A stretch of 41,106 nucleotides of DNA from Bacteriovoracaceae bacterium (GTDB lineage: Bacteria > Bdellovibrionota > Bacteriovoracia > Bacteriovoracales > Bacteriovoracaceae): positions 1 to 41,106 of the forward strand of contig JABIHA010000038.1 of NCBI GenBank assembly GCA_018649885.1, in the 5' to 3' direction. Made by a program: the position numbers and the translations under genes. Shown one piece after another: positions 20,082-29,818 of this stretch (the stretch's first letter is position 1; each line of letters begins with the position of its first letter). Under the pieces are notes generated by a model, which was not told the origin of the DNA, did not search any database, and saw only the letters and a program-made list of their open reading frames with translations.

Positions 20082-20375
20082 TACTTACCCCCAAGGTAAT
20101 TTCATATACATAATTATTCGAAATTGTTCCAAACTAGCTGTTTAAACCATCAAGCTTAATTTGATCCATCATTAACGGTATAGGTTAAAAGGATAATATA
20201 ATATTTTGTTGGTTTAAGAATTTTTGAATTTTTTACCGTCCAGGAATTTACTGTCAAAAATATGATCAATTGGAAAACCTTGTACAAAAGACAGTCACCT
20301 GTTTAAAGAAATCAACTCACACCTAGTAGTTTTACTGAATTTGCAGCACTTACGAGTCCTTAAGTTTCAATAACC

Positions 20376-20391
20376 TGGTCTATGTATTGCA
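20376..20391 (+). promoter_or_regulatory. Putative sigma54 (-24/-12) promoter
   Basis: TGGTCT-ATGTA-TTGCA with exact GG-N10-GC spacing, 33 bp upstream of the TTG start at 20424. Confidence 0.55.
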
Positions 20392-20423
20392 ATAACTTAC
20401 TGAATATAGAGACTGGAGATCAT

Positions 20424-21890
20424 TTGAGAAGTGCGAGACTACTCATTCTATTTTTCTTGTGCGCAAGTTGCGGGCAAACTAGACCGGTGCCTACTAGTAT
20501 AGAACTAGTAGAGTCAGCTGATCTCATTGAAAGATCTGATTTTCAACTTGATTTAGACCCTCAATACAAAACACACAGTGACACTCAGGAGAGTTTTGGG
20601 CAAATGGGTATTTCCGAGTTTTCACAAACACTTTTTGAAAACTACCTTGAAACTCAAGAAAATGATCAAATAACTAAACTTCAGCTAAGAGAAAAGTTTG
20701 ATGCCATCATCCAGTATGTGGGAAGAACCACACTAGATTCTCTACTGGTTCCCAACTCCACAATTTTTAGAAAGAAATATGAACACTCCATTGAAATATC
20801 AACATTAAATGAGGTTTCGTTTTCGGCCAGTGAAGCCACTCTACCTAGTATTGTTAACACAGCAGAAATGGACCCCACCTCAAGTACTCTTTTATACTTT
20901 TGGCTTTCCAATATGTATTTTGGTCCAAATGCATTTTACAACAACTTCCCAGTTGTTGTATTTACAGACGATTCCCTCCTCCCAGGATTCATGCGTTACG
21001 ATGGTGAAAATTGGCATCTATACGGAGTAGATACAAAAAAGATTCCCAATCCAAGAGAGGACTCTTATGTCTACTTTGGCCAAACAAATTTACTTCATTC
21101 ATATAAAAAAGATGGTGATCACTCTAAAATAAGAGTCATGGATGCACAGTACTTTCTTTTCATCACCACCATGAAAGACAAGCTATCTAATATAGAACAG
21201 TTGACCACCCAGGCATTTGAAAATACCGCTAATTATTATGGTATCGATTTAAGTGCTCTTGAAGAAAATATACAGGCCTCTCCTATTGCCATAGAGGCAC
21301 TGCCGAAATACAACTCTGATCAGTTATTAAAATCTAAAACGAGTACCACAGGTAATAGAGTGCTCGCTCATGCAAGCTCATATTTTGATAATTTAGAGTA
21401 TCGCCATTCAGGTGTCATCTATATTGATGAATCTTCTGCCAACCAAGCGCCTTCTGAGTTTCAAAAGAAGCTAGAGTCTGCCTCATTTAAATTTGTCGAG
21501 GAGCATTTTGGTTACAAGTTGTCTAGCATAATTGTTAATGACATGAAAAAAAGGCTTGGAGTCAACTTTCAAAATAACAAAGATTTAAAAAGAAGAATTG
21601 ATAAATTAAGTGGTCCCGTTTTTAGCGGGAGGCTTTCAGGGATGCCATTTTTTATTTCAATATCTAAGTCATCAGAAATTGTTTTCTACCAACCGCTTGA
21701 TAAAAGGTATTGTCATTACAACTTAGATATGTGGAAACATATAGGAAAAGCGCTTGGAAAAAAGAGCTTTCATTTAATTCGAGTTAATCAGCACTTTCCT
21801 TCCACACTGCTCTCTCTTGATGAAGAACTAGTTCGAATTGAAGATAGAGAGGTTTCAGAGGCTATACTTTACACCCAATTTATTAAATAA
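20424..21890 (+). CDS. Hypothetical lipoprotein
   Basis: TTG start with GGAG RBS gives MRSARLLILFFLCASC-GQ (lipobox-like); long ORF with no recognisable domain. Confidence 0.7.
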   Translation: MRSARLLILFFLCASCGQTRPVPTSIELVESADLIERSDFQLDLDPQYKTHSDTQESFGQMGISEFSQTLFENYLETQENDQITKLQLREKFDAIIQYVGRTTLDSLLVPNSTIFRKKYEHSIEISTLNEVSFSASEATLPSIVNTAEMDPTSSTLLYFWLSNMYFGPNAFYNNFPVVVFTDDSLLPGFMRYDGENWHLYGVDTKKIPNPREDSYVYFGQTNLLHSYKKDGDHSKIRVMDAQYFLFITTMKDKLSNIEQLTTQAFENTANYYGIDLSALEENIQASPIAIEALPKYNSDQLLKSKTSTTGNRVLAHASSYFDNLEYRHSGVIYIDESSANQAPSEFQKKLESASFKFVEEHFGYKLSSIIVNDMKKRLGVNFQNNKDLKRRIDKLSGPVFSGRLSGMPFFISISKSSEIVFYQPLDKRYCHYNLDMWKHIGKALGKKSFHLIRVNQHFPSTLLSLDEELVRIEDREVSEAILYTQFIK

Positions 21891-21897
21891 TGATAGC

Positions 21898-23139
21898 ATG
21901 CTAGACTTTTTTAGAGATATATTTTCCCCATTTTTCAATATGTCCAAAGAGGAATTCAAAAAGGCCTGCTATTTTAGCATGGCATTCTTTTTCGTATTAT
22001 TTACTTATGCTCTCCTTAGACCAAGTATCAATTCAATTTTTCTATCACGCCACGGGGGAATAAAGACACCCTATGTTCTACTATATTCAAGCATCTCCCT
22101 TCTTTTGTTCATAAGCTATTTCAATAAGGCCATTGTAAAAATGGGAGCATTAGGAATTTTTAATTCTTGCTCTTTTTTATTTGGTTCACTATTTTTAATG
22201 GGACTTACTTTTCAAAACTATTTAGGAGATGCATTTTTAGCATATTTTTTCTATGTTTTAAAAGAAGTTTATATAGTTTTATTGGTCCATGGCCTAATTT
22301 CTTTTTCCAATTCCTATTATAATATCAAAACCGCCAAATCTCTTCTGGGTCCACTAGGTGCCATTGGCTCGCTTGGTGGAATTTTGGGTGGACTTCTTCT
22401 TTCCAACTTTGTTCCAGTATTAGGAACAAGGTTTTTTGTTATCCTCTCATCCATTCTTATTTTTGTACCTCCCATTTTTTTGAAGTTGGCAAAATTCCCT
22501 AACTCTATAGGACCTGTAGTTAAAACGAAATTTGACTCTCCATTTGAATCCATAGGTGGAGTCAAGGCCTATGTTCTTTTAATCTGTCTGGTTGTCGCCA
22601 TTTCTCAGTTTTGTATTGGAGTTGCGACCTACAAATTTGATTTATATGTTACCGATTTTTTTCCATTAAAGGATCAAAAGACGGCCTACATGGCGAAAAT
22701 TTTCACCACCATTACGACGGCGACCTTTTTCTTTCAAATTTTTCTCACCCCAGTTCTTCTTAAATACGTAAGCCTGAGGGCATTGCAATTATTCTTCCCC
22801 CTATTTTTCACTGTCATGGCCGTTGTTGAAATCATTCTGGGTGGACAATTTATCTTACTTCCCTCAGTTGGTTTTATTCTCTATAAGGCCTTTGATTACT
22901 CACTTTTTTCTTCATCAAAAGAAATACTATACTATCATCTCACAGGCCTTCAGAAGTTTGGGGCCAAATACTTTGCAGATATGTTTAGTTATCGTTTTTC
23001 TAAGGGGCTTGTGGCACTCTTATTAATCTTTTTGGGCCAGAAAATGAGCCTGGCCTTTCTAGGTCTAATCTTTTTAATTTTTTGGGGTATTTGTGTGATC
23101 CTACTTTTTAGAATTCAAAGTAAAATTAAAAGTCATTAA
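21898..23139 (+). CDS. MFS transporter, NTT/TLC (nucleotide transporter / ATP:ADP antiporter-like) family
   Basis: About 12 TM segments; YALLRP, AKSLLGPLGAIGSLGGILGG, KAFDYSLF..SKEILY, KFGAKYFADMFSYRFSKG match the TLC-family signature. Confidence 0.8.
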   Translation: MLDFFRDIFSPFFNMSKEEFKKACYFSMAFFFVLFTYALLRPSINSIFLSRHGGIKTPYVLLYSSISLLLFISYFNKAIVKMGALGIFNSCSFLFGSLFLMGLTFQNYLGDAFLAYFFYVLKEVYIVLLVHGLISFSNSYYNIKTAKSLLGPLGAIGSLGGILGGLLLSNFVPVLGTRFFVILSSILIFVPPIFLKLAKFPNSIGPVVKTKFDSPFESIGGVKAYVLLICLVVAISQFCIGVATYKFDLYVTDFFPLKDQKTAYMAKIFTTITTATFFFQIFLTPVLLKYVSLRALQLFFPLFFTVMAVVEIILGGQFILLPSVGFILYKAFDYSLFSSSKEILYYHLTGLQKFGAKYFADMFSYRFSKGLVALLLIFLGQKMSLAFLGLIFLIFWGICVILLFRIQSKIKSH

Positions 23140-23152
23140 TTCATAGATTCTA

Positions 23153-23302
23153 TTAATAACGAGGATTTCTATGGGCCGGAACAAAGGCGTAACTTAAGGC
23201 CTGGGAATTATCTATCCCATTCATTGCTACTAGCTTTAAGACTTCAAATAAAAGCTCTAGCAATTTTTTCCATCCATTATAAAATTCTGTAACTGATTCC
23301 AT
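23153..23302 (-). CDS. Putative 49-aa small protein (below the ORF-track cutoff)
   Basis: ATG at 23302 preceded by GAAGGAAG; MESVTEFYNGWKKLLELLFEVLKLVAMNGIDNSQALSYAFVPAHRNPRY*; fills an intergenic gap. Confidence 0.5.
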   Translation of the reverse strand: MESVTEFYNGWKKLLELLFEVLKLVAMNGIDNSQALSYAFVPAHRNPRY

Positions 23303-23488
23303 TAGGCACTTCCTTCAGTGTTCCACTCGGTGTAATCAAAAATGTTAAATTTGTCGCTGGACGAAAGCTAACTCAATTAAGATGGAAGGTATATTGGCCT
23401 GTAAAAATGTTCATTAATTGTAAGAAACTTTAAGAGTATTTATTGTATTTATTTCAAATTTCAGATCATTTTTTCAGCAATTAGAGGG

Positions 23489-23896
23489 CTACTCTTCTGG
23501 AGTAAAGGCAGTAAATGAATGGGGAATCAATTCTTTTAGACAAAGGGTTTTCTTAATTCCCTCTAAGTCGGCGATATGAATTGGAAAATCTGGACCACAA
23601 AATTCAGCCAGCACCTGAAGACACAGTGCGCAAGGAGGTGCAGGTGGATCATCTTTTGTGACGACAACGGCAAAATCGAACTCGGCCTTTCCATAATCTG
23701 CGAAAGATTTCATTATGATCCCTCTTTCAGCACAGATAGTGGCACCAAAGGAGGCATTTTCAACATTGCAACCAGTTATAATTTGGTCAGAGTCTTTTAA
23801 CTTAAAAGCAGCGCCCACTCTAAAGTGAGAGTATGGGGCGTAGGCATTTTCACGTGCCGTGAGTGCCAGGGTGTATGCTTTTTGTACTAAATCCAT
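23489..23896 (-). CDS. cdd: Cytidine deaminase (homotetrameric type)
   Basis: AYAPYSHFRVGAA, GCNVENAS, CAER, PCALC zinc motifs. Confidence 0.95.
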   Translation of the reverse strand: MDLVQKAYTLALTARENAYAPYSHFRVGAAFKLKDSDQIITGCNVENASFGATICAERGIIMKSFADYGKAEFDFAVVVTKDDPPAPPCALCLQVLAEFCGPDFPIHIADLEGIKKTLCLKELIPHSFTAFTPEE

Positions 23897-23969
23897 TAAA
23901 GTCTCCAGGTCTTTTTATAACATGCAGTGAACCTATAAGTCCAAATGGGCCATATAAAAGGGAATTATC

Positions 23970-24770
23970 TTGCCAAGTTTTAGTGGGAATATCCTCAAAA
24001 TGGAGACAATTTTGGACACTCCAGTCTCTTATACTCTCCCCCTTGGAGAAAATAAAATAGAAATGAACCCACTCATCGGCAGTCATATAAAGTTTCAGTT
24101 TAATGGAAGAATTAACTGTCTTGATACTGGAGAGCTCATTAAGAAAAGCTTTGGTGGTGGCTATAGCTATAAGAGTTTTATCACTCTTGCCCGGTGTGAC
24201 TCATGTTTTATCTCTCCAGAGAAATGTCACTTTGACAAAGGTACATGTCGTGAGCCCGATTGGGGCCAGGAAGTTTGTATGGCCCCCCACATTGTCTATT
24301 TGGCCAACACCAGTGATGTGAAAATAGGCATTACCAGAAAAACTCAGGTGCCTACTAGGTGGATTGATCAAGGAGCAAGCTATGCTCTTCCAATTCTTGA
24401 AGTCAAAAGTAGACACATTAGTGGCCTCATTGAAGATGCCATTAAGGCAGATATAAAAGATAAGACCAATTGGCGAAAAATGCTTAAGAATGAGATTGAT
24501 CCCATTGACTTAGAACTTGTTAGAGAGCAAATTTTTGAAGACTATGCGGATATTCTTGATGACCTGGATGCCACTGACTTAGAAGAAAGTGTCACCGAAA
24601 TTCACTACCCAGTTGAAAAGTACCCTGAAAAAGTTAAAACTTTAAGCTTTGATAAAATGGAAACAATTGAAGGAGTTCTCCAAGGCATCAAAGGCCAATA
24701 CTTGATCCTAGATACGGGAGTTCTCAATATAAGAAAGCATCAGGGCTACTACCTAGATTTAAGCTATTAG
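23970..24770 (+). CDS. DUF2797 domain protein
   Basis: C..SPEKCHF..GTCRE, HIVYLA, KIGITR, TRWIDQGA, DKTNWRKML, GIKGQYLI. Confidence 0.85.
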   Translation: MPSFSGNILKMETILDTPVSYTLPLGENKIEMNPLIGSHIKFQFNGRINCLDTGELIKKSFGGGYSYKSFITLARCDSCFISPEKCHFDKGTCREPDWGQEVCMAPHIVYLANTSDVKIGITRKTQVPTRWIDQGASYALPILEVKSRHISGLIEDAIKADIKDKTNWRKMLKNEIDPIDLELVREQIFEDYADILDDLDATDLEESVTEIHYPVEKYPEKVKTLSFDKMETIEGVLQGIKGQYLILDTGVLNIRKHQGYYLDLSY

Positions 24771-24967
24771 ATTTTCCTAAGAAACCTCATACGTCTGGCC
24801 TCCCACATAAAGAGTCGATCAAGCGAAACCCATAAAAGAGTCCAAGTGATAAAGAATTTATAATATGGTGTAAAGCTTTGTGTCTGAGCGCCTGAGAAGA
24901 GTTTATCCAATATAAATATATAGAAATAAAAAAAAGAGCATTGGTAAATGAAAGTCCACCATTTCAT
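24767..24967 (-). CDS. Possible small two-TM membrane protein
   Basis: Fills the gap downstream of the 25273 gene; two aromatic-rich hydrophobic segments and a basic tail; stop overlaps the DUF2797 stop; start uncertain (24967 or 24985). Confidence 0.35.
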   Translation of the reverse strand: MKWWTFIYQCSFFYFYIFILDKLFSGAQTQSFTPYYKFFITWTLLWVSLDRLFMWEARRMRFLRKI

Positions 24968-25003
24968 GAGGTGATTATGAAACACCCCATATTACGTGTA
25001 AAG

Positions 25004-25273
25004 CTATATGCCCAAATCGAATTCTTTCTTGTCGCGAAGTCTAATATCAGTGTATTTGCTGCGATTGGCCCTCATGTCATTGTAGAGTTTGGGATAAAGA
25101 GCAAAGAAGCCTCTTTCGCCTAATTTGAAAAGCTCTACATCATGATAGTAGCAAAGCCGGGCCTGGCCCCTCTGGTCAGCATAAGCGGTATAAAACGTAA
25201 CCACGTTAGACTTGTTTTTGTCACCATTGAGCATATGACAGTTAAAATTGTAGCACCTACAAACATCGCACAT
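25004..25273 (-). CDS. Small Cys/His-rich protein, putative zinc-binding
   Basis: N-terminal C-x2-C and distal C-x2-H (LCYYHD); AGGGGA RBS. Confidence 0.75.
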   Translation of the reverse strand: MCDVCRCYNFNCHMLNGDKNKSNVVTFYTAYADQRGQARLCYYHDVELFKLGERGFFALYPKLYNDMRANRSKYTDIRLRDKKEFDLGI

Positions 25274-25416
25274 TTTTTAAAATCCCCTAGTAGTGACTAT
25301 TTTTAGAAGCTTCCTTCTAAAACGAACCATTACATAGAAGGATTCGGAAATTCGGTCTCAATAATTAAATTTTAATTTAACTATTAAGACCTATTGAAAA
25401 AAATGTAAGAAGTGAA

Positions 25417-26217
25417 TTACTTGGTCTTTTTCTTAAGAGCAACCGACTCGGCAGCTAAGCTTTGCTTTAGTGCTTCTTGATGAGCTTCAACTCCTTGTTG
25501 AATCGCCTTAACTGAAAGAGCATTTCCCTCAGCGACGCTGTCATAGAGTTTACCAAGTGCCATCGATGAGCGAAGAATAAAGTGGTCTGTTTTACTTGTA
25601 TAATAACTCTTAATAGTAGTTTTACTATCACCTTTAGCAGTTAATACAAATTTTGAGATCACTTCATCAAATGGTGAATTAGAATCAAGTGGTGAATCAA
25701 CATACTTACCTGCTTCATCATTACTGAGAAGTCTCATGGTCACAATATATTGTATGGCATTGTCTTTTACCATTTTTTGAATGGTCACAAGTTCGTTTTG
25801 TCTATAAGTCCCTCGGTTAAAGGCAACTCTTTTTAAGAACCATCTATCAATTTCGCCCAAGAGCTTCTGACCATGTGGTTTAACTTTTTTAATGATTTTA
25901 GTTTCAACTAAATGGGGGCTTCTGAACTTACAGTCGGCGCTTCTGTCCGACATAGTTCTTCTTCTTTTATAGCGGTTGTTACAAATCTGATCAAAATGAA
26001 GAACATTTTTGAGAACAACTTCTATATTGCCACCGATTTCGCTTTCATGGATTGCATGAATGATCCGAACTTTGTCTTTTCTTGCATTAAAGACTTCTAC
26101 ACCCTTAATCAGCTCACGCTCCCCTAAGGTAACGCCATCGACAACTACATTTGAATAAGCCACTGTGGTGCCAACAAGGCAAAGTAGCAAAGTAAAAATT
26201 CTAGGTCTTCTTAACAT
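25417..26217 (-). CDS. Secreted hypothetical protein, possible START/SRPBCC-like fold
   Basis: Signal peptide from ATG 26217; beta-rich core ending in a long helix; fold assignment is inference. Confidence 0.65.
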   Translation of the reverse strand: MLRRPRIFTLLLCLVGTTVAYSNVVVDGVTLGERELIKGVEVFNARKDKVRIIHAIHESEIGGNIEVVLKNVLHFDQICNNRYKRRRTMSDRSADCKFRSPHLVETKIIKKVKPHGQKLLGEIDRWFLKRVAFNRGTYRQNELVTIQKMVKDNAIQYIVTMRLLSNDEAGKYVDSPLDSNSPFDEVISKFVLTAKGDSKTTIKSYYTSKTDHFILRSSMALGKLYDSVAEGNALSVKAIQQGVEAHQEALKQSLAAESVALKKKTK

Positions 26218-26575
26218 AAGTACAAACCTTTGTTTTGACCCTCTCAAAAATCTCACAAACTATTTCTCAATATTATCCCCTAAAAAGGAAAACGGATAAA
26301 GGGGAGTGAAAAATTGACATATAAACAAAACCCTTTAATTTCATTTACTTACAAAAGATTCTTTTCCTCAACCGCTCATTTTGATCGATTTTCAGTGCTT
26401 TTTTAAAAATCTGGCGCCGATTTATCCGAGCATAAAAATCAACTTTCAAGGTATTTCACACGGCCTTCCGGGCATGGAATTTATTGGATTATATTGGGTT
26501 CCACTTACACACAGATGCTCTAAATGGTTTATAATATTAGCCAAATAGTCTTTAAATCAGAAAATTGAGGTCAGC

Positions 26576-28897
26576 TTGAAAATTCAAGACAAAATTGAAC
26601 GAATTATCCTTAAATACCCAAAACAGTTAATTATGTTTTCTATCGTTTTAATAGGATTACTCGCCCCTGGATTAAAAAACTTTCAATCAGAATTTGATGT
26701 CAGAATATGGTTTAGAACCACTGACCCATTAATCAAGGCCCTTGATCAATTTGAAAGACAGTTTGGAAATGATGAGACCCTTATAACTGTTGTCCATAAC
26801 CCTGATGGCATTTTTAATAAAAAGACTCTAACATTTTTAAGAAAGTTCACTGACGAAATGTGGAAAATTCCTGAAGTTATTAGAGTCGACTCCATCATCA
26901 ACTACATGGATATTCAAGCAGATGGTGATGAAATTATTGTTGAACCCTTTATCGACCCAGATGCTGAGCTTAGTGAAAGCTATATTGCGAAGAAAAAAGA
27001 ACGGGCCATGAGTCACCGAGTTCTATCTGGCTACCTTGTAAGTAAGGATGGAAACTCAATTTTAATTGCCGCTAGACTTAAGCCACGAGTTGGAGGCTAC
27101 CTCCCCGACTATGACAATATTCACAATGCTAACTTAGAGCTGATAAATTCTTATGGTGATCTTGGGAAAATGAGAATTATGGCCTCAGGCTCAGCAGCTA
27201 TCAACCACACCTTTAAATGGACCTCCATCAAAGATATGACAACCATGGTGCCACTGCTCACTTTAATGATCATTGGTATATTGTTTTGGACCTTTAAAAG
27301 TGTTCCAAGCGTGGTGTTTACCATGATGATTATTGTCATGTCTGTACTAGGAACTATGGGAATTATGGGATGGGCCGATGTTAAATTCAATAACATCGTG
27401 GCCACTGCTCCAGGAATTCTTCTCGCTATCTGTGTTGCGGATGCCGTTCATATTCTGGTGACCTTTTGGCAGGGTCGAAAACAAGGCAAGGATAGAATTG
27501 ATAGTGCCAAATTCACCATCGACAAAAATTTAGGACCAACCTTTCTCACTTCTATCACTACTAGCATTGGATTTTTAAGTCTGGCGACAACTGAGCTCAA
27601 CCCTATCAAACACCTTGGAATGCTCTCTGCATTCGGAACAATGCTAGCTTGGTTTTTGACTTTTACGGTACTGGTTCCCATGCTTTTACTCATTCCTCTA
27701 AAAGTTCCCAAAACAGCACTAGATGAAACCGAGGAGAGTAAAAAGAAGGCAAGAGAGAAAAGTTATTCGTATGTTAAAGTACTAAGAAAATTTAGTATGC
27801 CCATAATTATCTTTTTTATGGTGACATCAGTTCTCGCCACATACCTGGCCCTCCAAAATGAAGTCAATTCCAATCCCTACAATTACTTTGATAAGGACCA
27901 CCCACTAAGTGTGGCCAATAACTTTATTATTGACACTTTTGGGGGAACGACTGGTGCAGAGCTGGTTATTGATTCAGGCGTCCCCAATGGAATTAAAGGT
28001 CCAGAATTTTTAAGAAAAGTAGATAAGCTCAATGAATGGCTTCTGGAGCAAGGGCATATAAGTAAAACAATTAGCGTCCTAGATGTTGTGAAGCAGATGA
28101 ATCAATCCCTTCACCAAGACAAGCTAGAGTTCTACTCCATTCCAGATGACCAAGAAGCCGTGGCCCAACTTCTCTTTCTCTATACTATGGGACTGCCACA
28201 GGGAATGGACCTCAATGACAGGATGACTCTTGATTATAGACGCATGAGAATGAGTATTATGTGGTCCACACAAGACTCCAGGACTTACGTCACACACATG
28301 GACCAAGTTAACGAAAAAGTGGAAGAGCTAGGCCTTGTGGGAGAAATCAACGGAAAGTTTCCACTTTACCAGAGAATGAATGGATATATTGTGGACACCT
28401 TTGTGTGGTCTATAGGACTCGCTATTTTAATGGTGACACTAGTGATGACTATTTTCTTTAAATCAATAAAGCTTGGAATACTGTCTATGTTTCCCAATAT
28501 TATGCCCCTTCCTTTTGGTCTAGCGGCCATGACTCTTCTTGGAATACCTGTGGACATGGGGGCCTCACTTGTTACCTCAGTGTGCCTGGGGATTGCGGTG
28601 GACGATACCATTCACTTCATAGCTACCTTTAGGAAAGGCAGGAAAAAAGGTATGAATGTAGATGATGCATTGGCGGCATTATTTGAATCAACTGGACCTT
28701 CACTTGTTATTACCACCATCATATTAGTTTTTGGTTTTGGAATGTTCTTAACAGGAGACTTCCTACCAAACTTTACTTTCGGAGTGCTGACTGCCCTTGG
28801 ACTTTCCATGGCACTAATCATCGATATCATGTTCTTACCTGCACTACTGATCGCACTGCTGAAACTTCCATTTTTTAAGAAAGCACAAGATAAGTAG
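26576..28897 (+). CDS. MMPL/RND-family transporter
   Basis: Two repeats of 1 TM + periplasmic loop + 5 TM; AICVADAVH and GIAVDDTIHF motifs. Confidence 0.92.
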   Translation: MKIQDKIERIILKYPKQLIMFSIVLIGLLAPGLKNFQSEFDVRIWFRTTDPLIKALDQFERQFGNDETLITVVHNPDGIFNKKTLTFLRKFTDEMWKIPEVIRVDSIINYMDIQADGDEIIVEPFIDPDAELSESYIAKKKERAMSHRVLSGYLVSKDGNSILIAARLKPRVGGYLPDYDNIHNANLELINSYGDLGKMRIMASGSAAINHTFKWTSIKDMTTMVPLLTLMIIGILFWTFKSVPSVVFTMMIIVMSVLGTMGIMGWADVKFNNIVATAPGILLAICVADAVHILVTFWQGRKQGKDRIDSAKFTIDKNLGPTFLTSITTSIGFLSLATTELNPIKHLGMLSAFGTMLAWFLTFTVLVPMLLLIPLKVPKTALDETEESKKKAREKSYSYVKVLRKFSMPIIIFFMVTSVLATYLALQNEVNSNPYNYFDKDHPLSVANNFIIDTFGGTTGAELVIDSGVPNGIKGPEFLRKVDKLNEWLLEQGHISKTISVLDVVKQMNQSLHQDKLEFYSIPDDQEAVAQLLFLYTMGLPQGMDLNDRMTLDYRRMRMSIMWSTQDSRTYVTHMDQVNEKVEELGLVGEINGKFPLYQRMNGYIVDTFVWSIGLAILMVTLVMTIFFKSIKLGILSMFPNIMPLPFGLAAMTLLGIPVDMGASLVTSVCLGIAVDDTIHFIATFRKGRKKGMNVDDALAALFESTGPSLVITTIILVFGFGMFLTGDFLPNFTFGVLTALGLSMALIIDIMFLPALLIALLKLPFFKKAQDK

Positions 28898-28917
28898 CCC
28901 CTGGGCCCTTTAAGTAG

Positions 28918-28949
28918 CCTTTTCTTACACTTCTAGATGTAAGAAAAGG
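28918..28949. terminator. Perfect 12-bp hairpin downstream of the MMPL gene
   Basis: CCTTTTCTTACA-cttctaga-TGTAAGAAAAGG. Confidence 0.55.
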
Positions 28950-28982
28950 ATATTTGACTTGGACCGGCATTGCCTGAGAGAA

Positions 28983-29009
28983 TAACTATAGTATTTAAGG
29001 GGCCGATGA
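28983..29009 (+). promoter_or_regulatory. Putative sigma28 (FliA) promoter
   Basis: TAAC-N15-GCCGATGA versus consensus TAAA-N15-GCCGATAA. Confidence 0.5.
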
Positions 29010-29073
29010 ATTCTGGGCCCCGCCACTAGTGCACAATGAAACATTGCCACTTCAATTTTCTCAGGAGGGAGTC

Positions 29074-29811
29074 ATGAGGACGCTATTTCTTTATCTAATT
29101 TCTTTTTCAGTACTAGCATTTGAGGGAGCTCAAATGCCTCAACCTATGGAGGCCTTGGAATTTACCATTCTTCCCATGGACGTAATCACAGAAGTTCAAC
29201 TTAAAGGGCCAGACGATCTAAGCTTTGGTGAATTAGATCAAAGCTTTGAGATACCCAGTAGTAGTGAGTCACTTGGCCCACTAGAGGACCCATTGTCACA
29301 AGCTAAAGTAGCACAAGATATACTCATTTTAGGACTTAGCTCAGTAGAGAGCATTCTGGAGTTTTTAGAAAAAAGACAACCTGAGATTATGACCAAAAAT
29401 GAGCCCTTATCTTTCGTACCAGCAGATCAGCAGGGTCTACCAGTCTCACCTTTTTTAATGTCGAATTGGTCAAGACCTGTGAAAAAATCCTACCAGCTTG
29501 TCTTCAAAAACCTTTATGGCTGGACCATGGCCAAAGTTATATTCTCTCCAAAAATGAATAGCGGTGGGAAATATCAAGGCAGTGGCTCTTATCTCACAGG
29601 CGTAGAAGTAAGTGACCAGGTGTTTGCTGGATGGACTATAAAAATTGAAACTAAAAGTGAGCTCAGTTCTGTCACCAACACTGGCCCTGTGGAAAATCCG
29701 GTAGTCAGTGCTGTCGTCAATTACACAGTCAAGGTTTCAAGTTACGTCACCAAACATCAATATAGTTACAGCTTCTACTTTAGTGGAGATGGTACACTTG
29801 AGCTTTTGTAA
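29074..29811 (+). CDS. Secreted hypothetical protein (acidic linker, amphipathic helix, beta-rich domain)
   Basis: ATG 29074 with AGGAGGGAG RBS; signal peptide ending VLA. Confidence 0.75.
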   Translation: MRTLFLYLISFSVLAFEGAQMPQPMEALEFTILPMDVITEVQLKGPDDLSFGELDQSFEIPSSSESLGPLEDPLSQAKVAQDILILGLSSVESILEFLEKRQPEIMTKNEPLSFVPADQQGLPVSPFLMSNWSRPVKKSYQLVFKNLYGWTMAKVIFSPKMNSGGKYQGSGSYLTGVEVSDQVFAGWTIKIETKSELSSVTNTGPVENPVVSAVVNYTVKVSSYVTKHQYSYSFYFSGDGTLELL

Positions 29812-29818
29812 AAGGTTT

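Noticed and set aside
28960..28975. TGGACCGGCATTGCC as a sigma54 promoter
   Set aside because: GG-to-GC spacing is 9, not the required 10
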